NCBI GenBank assembly: GCA_021160725.1
Contig: JAGHCA010000044.1
Location: 1-51,549 of the forward strand
Direction of reading: 5' to 3'
Source of the DNA: Dehalococcoidia bacterium
Lineage (GTDB): Bacteria; Chloroflexota; Dehalococcoidia; GIF9; AB-539-J10
Length of the DNA stretch: 51,549 bases
Each line of letters begins with the position of its first letter. Position 1 is the first letter of the stretch. Below, piece by piece: positions 17,757 through 25,155 of the stretch. A program made the position numbers and the translations under genes. The notes under the pieces are model-generated. The model did no database searches and was not told where the DNA came from. It saw only the letters and a list, made by a program, of their open reading frames with translations.

Positions 17757-17772
17757 TGGCAAGAAAATTGCT
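17757..17772 (+). promoter_or_regulatory. sigma-54 (-24/-12) promoter TGGCAA-N5-TTGCT
   Basis: GG at 17758-17759 and GC at 17770-17771 with canonical spacing. RBS GAAAGGAGG (17785-17793) and ATG 17801 follow at the expected distance. Confidence 0.7.
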
Positions 17773-17800
17773 ACACCAAAGGGTGAAAGGAGGTTTAGAA

Positions 17801-18868
17801 ATGGACAAAGAAGTGGTCTCAGTAAAACAAGAAAAAGAGCAGGAGGTGAATGAAATGAAACCAGTATTAATTGTTGAGGACGAAGCCATAGTACGTGAAT
17901 CGCTCAGAGACTGGCTTAAGAATGTGGGCTATGAAGTCGAAACAGCTGAGGAAGGTGAAGAAGCACTGGAGAAGATCGAGAATAAGGAATTCAGTGTCGC
18001 AGTTCTCGATCTAAGGCTGCCCGGAAAGGACGGATTGGAGGTATTGAGGGAAGCCACTGAGAAAAACCCGAAGATCAAGGGCATAGTTATCACTGCTTAT
18101 CCCTCAGTGGAAACCGCCGTGGAGGCGATGAAAATGGGTGCTATTGATTACATAGCGAAGCCATTTACCCCCGACGCCCTGGAGAGGAAAATTCAGGAGG
18201 TTCTAGGCTCGATTCAGATGAAGGTAAAACCTAAGGAAAGGAAGGTTGAGGAAGCCTCAGCGGAACTCACGGCAGTTAAGGAGGCTGGCATTGAGGAAGC
18301 TATAGTGATAACTGAAGAAGAGATCCCTACTCATCTGGAGGAAGGTCGAGCTTACTTCGAAGCGGGCCGCTACCAGGAGGCATTAAGAGAATTTCAGGCC
18401 ATTTTACAGGTTGCTCCGGGACACATAGAAACTCGAACCTGGGTCCAGAAGACCAAGAAAGCATTGGCGAAGCCGAAAGTAGAGGTACCTGAAGGAGAAG
18501 GTGCTGTTGAGGAAGGGGCGAAAGTCTGTATTTGGGCGAAGATGGGGATAGTCTCTCACAGGTACTGCACTCGGGATTATGACTGCTTGACCTGTGAGTT
18601 TGACCAGATGATGCAGGAGAAAGTGGCCTCCGGTGAGACTCCTGAGCTTGATGAGGCTCTGGAGAAGTTTAAGAACCTACCAGGATCCCAGAGACTTTGT
18701 CGTTATTCCCTAAAGGGCGACGTTTCGTACCGCCTTTGCTCTCGTGTCTTTCAATGCGCGACCTGCGAATTCGGGCAGCTCATGGAGGATGTCCTGGAGC
18801 GAAAGCTAGACAAGTTGTCTGCCCGCCGCCAGATTCTGAGTAAGAAGCGGTCGACTCTTAAAGACTGA
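17801..18868 (+). CDS. response regulator: REC + TPR-like segment + duplicated Cys4 (C..C..CxxCEFxQ) C-terminal domain
   Basis: REC (KPVLIVEDE..VLDLRLPGKDG..ITAY..KPF). TPR-like GRAYFEAGRYQEALREFQAILQVAPG. Two homologous Cys4 units (CIWAKMGIVSHRYCTRDYDCLTCEFDQMMQE and CRYSLKGDVSYRLCSRVFQCATCEFGQLMED). ATG 17855 is an alternative start. Confidence 0.8.
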   Translation: MDKEVVSVKQEKEQEVNEMKPVLIVEDEAIVRESLRDWLKNVGYEVETAEEGEEALEKIENKEFSVAVLDLRLPGKDGLEVLREATEKNPKIKGIVITAYPSVETAVEAMKMGAIDYIAKPFTPDALERKIQEVLGSIQMKVKPKERKVEEASAELTAVKEAGIEEAIVITEEEIPTHLEEGRAYFEAGRYQEALREFQAILQVAPGHIETRTWVQKTKKALAKPKVEVPEGEGAVEEGAKVCIWAKMGIVSHRYCTRDYDCLTCEFDQMMQEKVASGETPELDEALEKFKNLPGSQRLCRYSLKGDVSYRLCSRVFQCATCEFGQLMEDVLERKLDKLSARRQILSKKRSTLKD

Positions 18869-19023
18869 GCTGGCGAGAACAGCGGCAAAAACTTGTCTTT
18901 TGGGGTGGAGTTTATTATACTTTTAACCTGTACTCCGATTTGAGTTATCGGCAAAGAGGGTAACTAGGAGGTTTTTGCGTCGGCTGTTTTTTTGTTTCCC
19001 AGTCTTGAAATGGCGGAACCATA

Positions 19024-20172
19024 GTGAAAACAATAAGTCCTTATAAAGAAGCTACGGATGTAATACTTGAGGCGGGCGGTGAGCCTCTTAAATTGTGTTA
19101 TCAGTGTGGCCTTTGCACTGCTGTTTGTCCCTGGAACGTAGTGCGCAGTTTCTTGGTTCGCCGCATCATGCATGAAGCTCAGCTTGGGGTAACTGATTTT
19201 GACAGCGAGGATGTCTGGACTTGTGCCACTTGTCGAGCTTGTGTCCAGCGTTGCCCTCGGGGCGTTGAGATAATAGATGTCGTGAGGGCTGTACGTCGAG
19301 TTGTGGCTAGTCTCGGCATTGGTGTTGTCCCTGATGCTCTTCGGATATCAGCTAAGAACATCGCCGGCGTAGGTAATCCCTTTGGTGAAGCGCCAGAAAA
19401 GCGTAATGACTGGGCTAAAGATCTGGGGGTGAAGGAGTTCGTCCCGGGTACTGAAATACTTTATTTCCCTTGCTGTGTTCCCTCCTATGATCCTGATGTG
19501 AAAACAGTAGCTCGATCTGTTGCCACGATCTTCAATAAGCTGGGGGTTGATTATGGCCTGATAAGCACAGAGGCAAGATGCTGTGGCGAGTCAATTAGGA
19601 AGGCTGGGCATGAAGACACTTTTCAAAACCTGGCTCACAATAATATTAACCTCTTTGCCAATAATGATGTCAAAACTGTGGTAGTTTCCTCCCCACACTG
19701 CTACCATACTTTCAGAAATGAGTATCCCGAGCTTGGAGGCAAATTCGAAGTAATTCATATTACCCAATACTTAGCTTCACTTATCGACGAAGGAAAATTG
19801 AAGTTCTCTAAGACGATGAATAAAAAGGTAATCTATTCTGATCCTTGCTATTTGGGGAGGCATAACAATGTCTATGACGAACCTAGAAAGATATTGCAGA
19901 GTATTCCCGGCCTGGAATTAATAGAATTTCCCGATGCCCGCGAGAATGCTCTTTGTTGTGGTGGTGGCGGCGGTAGAATCTGGATGGATACACCGAAAGG
20001 GGAAAGGTTCTCTGATATAAGGGTAGAGCAAGCTGTAGAGAAAGGCGCTGATATTATAGCCTTGGCGTGTCCTTACTGCTTCCTCAACTACAGGGATAGC
20101 GTGCTATCTATGGGCAAGGCAGAGACTATGCAGGTTAGAGATATCGCTGAGCTTGTTGCTGAAGCAGTGTAA
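19024..20172 (+). CDS. HdrD-like fused HdrC/HdrB protein (2x[4Fe-4S] + two CCG domains)
   Basis: 382 aa. Carries CYQCGLCTAVCP and CATCRACVQRCP, then CCG-domain motifs (PCCVPS, ARCCGES, DPCYLGRH, ALCCGGGGG, ACPYC). GTG start with a weak RBS. Confidence 0.85.
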   Translation: MKTISPYKEATDVILEAGGEPLKLCYQCGLCTAVCPWNVVRSFLVRRIMHEAQLGVTDFDSEDVWTCATCRACVQRCPRGVEIIDVVRAVRRVVASLGIGVVPDALRISAKNIAGVGNPFGEAPEKRNDWAKDLGVKEFVPGTEILYFPCCVPSYDPDVKTVARSVATIFNKLGVDYGLISTEARCCGESIRKAGHEDTFQNLAHNNINLFANNDVKTVVVSSPHCYHTFRNEYPELGGKFEVIHITQYLASLIDEGKLKFSKTMNKKVIYSDPCYLGRHNNVYDEPRKILQSIPGLELIEFPDARENALCCGGGGGRIWMDTPKGERFSDIRVEQAVEKGADIIALACPYCFLNYRDSVLSMGKAETMQVRDIAELVAEAV

Positions 20173-20188
20173 TAGCAGGGGAGCCAAA

Positions 20189-23100
20189 ATGGAAGAGGTA
20201 AAAATTGGTGTTTATGTCTGCTGGTGCGGCTTAAATATCGCTGGCACAGTGGATTCTGAAGAGGTGGCCAGGTATGCTGGAACCCTGCCCCATGTGGCGG
20301 TTGCCCGTGACTATAAGTATATGTGCTCCGATCCTGGACAGGATCTCATTAAGAATGATATTAAGAGGTTGGGGATTAATCGAGTTGTGGTTGCTTCCTG
20401 CTCACCGAGATTGCATGAACCCACGTTTCGCAAAGCTTGCCGGGATGCCGGACTGAACCCATATCTATATGAGCACGCAAATATCAGGGAGCACTGCTCT
20501 TGGCCCCATGCCACAGACAAGAATCGAGCCACAGAAAAGGCCAAGGACCTTGTACGTGCTGCAGTAAGGCGTGTCTATTATCAAGAACCTCTGGAGATTA
20601 AGGAGGTTCCGGTGAATCCCAATGTCTTGGTTGTGGGGGGTGGTATTGCTGGCATTCAAGCTGCTCTGGATATCGCTGATGGGGAGAAGAAAGTCTACAT
20701 GGTGGAACGGGACGCATCCATTGGTGGACATATGATTCAGCTTGATAGGACATTCCCCACTCTAGATTGCTCAGAGTGTATTCTCACTCCCAAGATGACC
20801 GATACTGGTCATCATCCTAACATCGAGTTAATGACCAACAGCGAAGTAGAGGAGGTTTCGGGGTATATCGGCAATTTCAATGTCAGGATCAGGAAAAAGC
20901 CCAGGTATGTCGATGTCGATAAATGTAACTCATGCGGTGAATGTGCCAAGGTGTGCCCTGTTGAAGTGCCCGATGAGTTTGAGATGGGCTTGAGTATGAG
21001 GAAAGCAGCATATTTACCTCTTCCTCAGGCTGTTCCCGCCGCTTTTGCCATTGACAAAAGAGGCACTGCGCCCTGCCGCATTGCTTGCCCCGCCGGTGTT
21101 AATGCTCAGGGCTACATCGCCCTTATTTCCCAGGGCAAGTTCAAGGAGGCTCTTGAGTTAGTGAGGAGAGCTATGCCATTTGCTGGAGTCCTGGGGCGTG
21201 TTTGTACTCATCCCTGTGAACTCGAATGCGAGCGAGGGAAGTTTGATGAACCCGTCAGCATCCGTGCTTTGAAACGCTTTATAGCTGACTATGAGTTGAA
21301 GACAGAGAGAGAGAAGGTGGTTCCCATTGAGACAACAAAAGATAGCAAGGTGGCTGTTATCGGTTCTGGCCCTGCCGGTCTTGCCTGTGCTTATGATTTG
21401 ATTAGAGAGGGTTATGCTGTTACCGTATTTGAGTCTCTGCCTCGGGCAGGCGGACTGCTTAGATATGGTATCCCTGAGTATAGGTTGCCCAAGGAGGTAC
21501 TTGATAACGACATAAGTTATATACAGGAATTAGGAGTAGAGATTAAAACGAAGTCACCAGTGGAGGATCTTGCCGAGGTTTTCAATCAGGGATATGCGGC
21601 CATCTTTATTGCCAGCGGTGCCCAAGGAAGCCAGAAAATGGGCATACCCGGTGAAGAAACGAGCGGTGTAATTCATGCCCTTGATTTTCTAAGAATGGTT
21701 AATGCTGGAGTGGACATCAAGTTAGGCAATAAAGTAGTGGTTGTCGGCGGTGGTAATGCTGCCATAGATGCTGCTAGGGCATCTTTACGACTTGGAGCCA
21801 GGGAAGTTACTGTTGTTTATCGCCGCTCTCGTGACGAAATGCCTGCTATAAGCAGCGAAGTTGAGGAAGCGGAGCATGAAGGAATTAAAATCCATTTTCT
21901 GGCCACACCCACCAAAATCCTGTCCAGAGATGGCCAATTGTCGGCTATAGAATGTATCACGATGAAGCTGGGTGAACCAGATGCCAGCGGTCGCCGTCGT
22001 CCTGTAGCTGTCAAGGGGACGGAATTCACCATGAATGTTGACAATGTCATCATTGCAATCGGTCAAACTGTGGACAAGACGGCACTGCCGAAGGAGCTTA
22101 ATTACACTAGTTGGGGCACACTGGAGGTTGATCCCGTCACCTTGCAAACCCATATTGCTGGTGTGTTCGCTGGCGGCGACGTAGTTTCTGGACCGGCTGA
22201 TGTCGTGGTAGCGGTTGCCGCTGGCAAGGAAGCAGCTATTTCCATTGATCGGTATCTAAGAGGAGTCAGTCTAACCGAGGAAAGGCAGGTAACACCGAAA
22301 CGTGTGGAAAACGTATCAAAGGAAAGAGCCCAGCTAAAAGCGAGAGCTTCTACCCCGCTGCTTAAGCTTGATGAAAGGAAAGGCTCCTTCGCTGAGGTTG
22401 AACTAAGCTTTGATGAAAAGACGGCAATTGAGGAGGCCAAACGCTGTCTGAACTGTGGCGTATGCTCGGAATGTTTGGAATGCGTGAAGGTCTGTGAGCA
22501 AGGGGCAATTAATCATGAAATGCAAGATGAGTTCGTTGAGGTCGAGGTAGGCTCGATGATTCTAGCTACTGGCTACCAGCAGTTTGACCCCAGTGTCATA
22601 CCTCAGTATGGATATAAGAAGTTCGATAATGTCCTGACCGGACTTGAATTCGAAAGGATAACCTGTGCAGGAGGGCCAACTCAAGGACGGATTCAACTCA
22701 AGGATGGTAGAGAACCGGAGAGTGTAGCCATAGTGCATTGTGTGGGCAGCCGGGACCAGAACTACCATGAGTATTGCTCTAGAGTATGCTGCATGTATGG
22801 ACTCAAATATGCCGAATTGATAAAAGAGTTTACCAAAGCAGAGGTATATGAATTTTATATTGACATGAGATGTTTTGGTGAGGCTTTTGAGGAATTCTAT
22901 AAACGTGTTTCCGAGATGGGAGTCAATTTCATCCGAGGAAAGGTGGCTAACATTACCGACCGGGTGATGGGCGAAGAGGAGAGGGGGAAATTAATTGTCA
23001 CAGCAGAGGATACGTTACTGGGAAAGATGATACGTGTCCCTGTGGATATGGTTATCCTGTGTGCGGCCCTAGAGGCACGCTCTGACGCGGCTGATGTGGC

Positions 23101-23554
23101 GAGCCTTTTTACCATAGGCCAAAGAGGAGACGGCTTCTTCTTGGAAACCCATCCTAAGCTTGCTCCAGTAAACACGCCAACAGATGGAGTTTTCATTGCT
23201 GGGTGCTGCGAAGCACCAAGAGACGTCCCTGATACTGTGGCGCAGGCTTCGGCAGCAGCATCCAAGGCTTTGTCATTGATAAGTAGAGGCAAGGTAACCA
23301 CTGAAGCAGCTGTGTCGTATGTGGATGAATCTATTTGCCATGGATGTGGCCGCTGCGAGGAAATCTGTACTTTTCATGCCCCCTCGATTATCAGAACGGA
23401 TGGACGCTTGGTTTCTAGCATAAACGAAGCTCTCTGTAAGGGATGTGGAGCATGCGCTGTTGTGTGTCCTACAGGGGCAGCACAAATCAAGCACTTCAAT
23501 ATGCAGGAAATAGAGGGTCTGGTCGACGGCTTGCTGGAGGTGCACCGTGGCTGA
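20189..23554 (+). CDS. HdrA-type flavoprotein with inserted GltD/NfnB-like NAD(P)H-flavin module
   Basis: 1121 aa from ATG 20189. The HdrA N-domain (VYVCWCGLNIAG), FAD motif VVGGGIAGIQAAL, DCSECILTPKM, CVGSRD..YCSRVCCMY and the C-terminal 2x[4Fe-4S] are collinear with the paralogue at 29946. Between them sits a GltD-like block (CPAGVNAQGY..GRVCTHPCELEC, VIGSGPAGLACA, VVGGGNAAIDAAR..VYRRS). Confidence 0.85.
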   Translation: MEEVKIGVYVCWCGLNIAGTVDSEEVARYAGTLPHVAVARDYKYMCSDPGQDLIKNDIKRLGINRVVVASCSPRLHEPTFRKACRDAGLNPYLYEHANIREHCSWPHATDKNRATEKAKDLVRAAVRRVYYQEPLEIKEVPVNPNVLVVGGGIAGIQAALDIADGEKKVYMVERDASIGGHMIQLDRTFPTLDCSECILTPKMTDTGHHPNIELMTNSEVEEVSGYIGNFNVRIRKKPRYVDVDKCNSCGECAKVCPVEVPDEFEMGLSMRKAAYLPLPQAVPAAFAIDKRGTAPCRIACPAGVNAQGYIALISQGKFKEALELVRRAMPFAGVLGRVCTHPCELECERGKFDEPVSIRALKRFIADYELKTEREKVVPIETTKDSKVAVIGSGPAGLACAYDLIREGYAVTVFESLPRAGGLLRYGIPEYRLPKEVLDNDISYIQELGVEIKTKSPVEDLAEVFNQGYAAIFIASGAQGSQKMGIPGEETSGVIHALDFLRMVNAGVDIKLGNKVVVVGGGNAAIDAARASLRLGAREVTVVYRRSRDEMPAISSEVEEAEHEGIKIHFLATPTKILSRDGQLSAIECITMKLGEPDASGRRRPVAVKGTEFTMNVDNVIIAIGQTVDKTALPKELNYTSWGTLEVDPVTLQTHIAGVFAGGDVVSGPADVVVAVAAGKEAAISIDRYLRGVSLTEERQVTPKRVENVSKERAQLKARASTPLLKLDERKGSFAEVELSFDEKTAIEEAKRCLNCGVCSECLECVKVCEQGAINHEMQDEFVEVEVGSMILATGYQQFDPSVIPQYGYKKFDNVLTGLEFERITCAGGPTQGRIQLKDGREPESVAIVHCVGSRDQNYHEYCSRVCCMYGLKYAELIKEFTKAEVYEFYIDMRCFGEAFEEFYKRVSEMGVNFIRGKVANITDRVMGEEERGKLIVTAEDTLLGKMIRVPVDMVILCAALEARSDAADVASLFTIGQRGDGFFLETHPKLAPVNTPTDGVFIAGCCEAPRDVPDTVAQASAAASKALSLISRGKVTTEAAVSYVDESICHGCGRCEEICTFHAPSIIRTDGRLVSSINEALCKGCGACAVVCPTGAAQIKHFNMQEIEGLVDGLLEVHRG
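21062..22440 (+). other. GltD/NfnB-like insertion within the HdrA hybrid
   Basis: Boundaries come from aligning the protein by eye with the uninterrupted paralogue (29946..31934). Collinearity is lost after ..AIDKRG and resumes around ..EEAKRCLNCGVC. Confidence 0.7.
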
Positions 23555-23990
23555 GTTTGAGCCTAAGATTATCGTTTTTGCATGTAACTGGTGTACCTAT
23601 GCCGCAGCCGATCTAGCCGGAACGAGCCGAGTTCAATATCCTCCTAATGCCTATATCGTCAGGATGATGTGCAGCGGGATGATAAATCCCAGCTATGTTC
23701 TTAGAGCCTTTGAAGATGGTGCAGACGGAGTTATAGTCTCTGGATGTCATTACACTGATTGCCATTACATCGATGGACCGGTAAAGTGCGATGCCATGTT
23801 TGCCAAGCTAAAGAGGTTAGTACATATTCTTGGCTTGGAGGACGAGAGGCTAAAGCGCGAGATGATATCTACCTCCGAGGGAACAGTATTTGCTAGAGTG
23901 GTTAGGGAGTTCGTAAGCGAGCTTAAGAGGCTAGGGCCTTCGCCTTTTTCATCTTTAAGAAATTCAAGAAAGGAGAAGGCAGTGGCTTGA
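23547..23990 (+). CDS. mvhD: MvhD (methyl-viologen-reducing hydrogenase delta subunit/FlpD family)
   Basis: 147 aa. Carries FACNWCTYAAADLAG, MCSG and GCHYTDCHY. GTG start in an 8-nt overlap (GTGGCTGA) with the hdrA stop. Confidence 0.9.
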   Translation: MAEFEPKIIVFACNWCTYAAADLAGTSRVQYPPNAYIVRMMCSGMINPSYVLRAFEDGADGVIVSGCHYTDCHYIDGPVKCDAMFAKLKRLVHILGLEDERLKREMISTSEGTVFARVVREFVSELKRLGPSPFSSLRNSRKEKAVA

Positions 23991-25153
23991 GTTTAGAGGA
24001 CATTATTCAAGAGACGAAAACCTATTACTGTCTGGAATGTGGCAAATGTACAAGTATATGTCCTGTCGCCAGATATGACCCAGCATTCTCTCCTCGGGCG
24101 ATGATTGAGAATGCTCTATTGGGACCTGAAGATGACTTGGTATTCAACCGAGAACTTTTTTCCTGCTTAACTTGTTACACTTGTCAACAGAGATGTCCCA
24201 GTGATGTCGATTTTCCTGTATTTGTGCGCAAAGCCCGCACCATAGCCCAAGATAATGGACAGCACGGAATTTGTGCCCACTCGGGGCAGTTGCAATCTCT
24301 GGCCAGGCTTATGACTAGCCCCGACATTAAGCAAAGGAGATTGGAATGGCTATCTGATAAATACCGCACCTCCGATGACTCCGATGTTCTTCTCTGGGTG
24401 GGGTGTGCTCCATATTTTGAAGCCATCTTTGAGGATATTGAGTTTAGAGCTCTTGATATCACTGAGGCCAGCTTGAAAATCTTGAATCTTCTGGGAATAG
24501 AGCCCAAGCTGCTTCCAGATGAGAAATGCTGTGGGCATGATGTGGTTTGGACTGGGGATGTAGAGACATTTAAGAAACTAGCCGAGCATAATGCGACCCA
24601 AATAAAAGAATCCGGGGTGCAGAAAATAATCTTCTCCTGCCCTGAAGGCTACCGAACATTGAAGCTGGATTATCCAAACTATGGCTTTGATGTTGGTTGT
24701 GAGTTACAACATATCTCTGAATTCTTGGCGGACAGAATCGAAAAGGGCGGCGTGAAGTTTAATGAAGTGAAAAAAAGGGTAACTTATCAGGATCCATGTA
24801 GGTTGGGAAGGCATCTCGGTATATATGATGCCCCCAGAAAAGTACTTAAATCTATTCCTGGCATAGAATTTGTCGAGATGCAATATAGTGGATGGGATGC
24901 TATTTGCTGTGGCACCAGCGCCTGGACTAACTGCGACTCGTATTCCAATATGATACGGGCGGAAAGGTTATCTGAGGCAACTGCCACCAAGGCTGAGACA
25001 CTCATAACATGCTGCCCCAAATGTCAAACCCATTTCAGATGCGCCATGACAGATAAGGGAAAAGAAAAGCGGTCGATGCCAAGTATTGAAGTTATGGATT
25101 TAGCAAACCTGGTAGCAAATGCTATTGAGGAAGGGAGTAATCTTAGCAAGTAA
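23987..25153 (+). CDS. HdrC/HdrB-like fused Fe-S/CCG-domain protein
   Basis: 388 aa. Carries CLECGKCTSICP and CLTCYTCQQRCP, plus CCG-domain motifs (EKCCGHD, QDPCRLGRH, AICCGTSAW, CCPKC). TTG start overlaps the mvhD stop (TTGA). Confidence 0.85.
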   Translation: MSLEDIIQETKTYYCLECGKCTSICPVARYDPAFSPRAMIENALLGPEDDLVFNRELFSCLTCYTCQQRCPSDVDFPVFVRKARTIAQDNGQHGICAHSGQLQSLARLMTSPDIKQRRLEWLSDKYRTSDDSDVLLWVGCAPYFEAIFEDIEFRALDITEASLKILNLLGIEPKLLPDEKCCGHDVVWTGDVETFKKLAEHNATQIKESGVQKIIFSCPEGYRTLKLDYPNYGFDVGCELQHISEFLADRIEKGGVKFNEVKKRVTYQDPCRLGRHLGIYDAPRKVLKSIPGIEFVEMQYSGWDAICCGTSAWTNCDSYSNMIRAERLSEATATKAETLITCCPKCQTHFRCAMTDKGKEKRSMPSIEVMDLANLVANAIEEGSNLSK

Positions 25154-25155
25154 TA

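Noticed and set aside
18966-19023. Strong AGGAGG at 18966-18971 with a possible 22-codon TTG-initiated mini-ORF ahead of the hdrD-like gene.
   Set aside because: The spacer to the TTG is only 3 nt. The peptide has no recognisable features, and the ORF is out of frame with and unrelated to the downstream gene. It may be leader sequence, and no claim is made.
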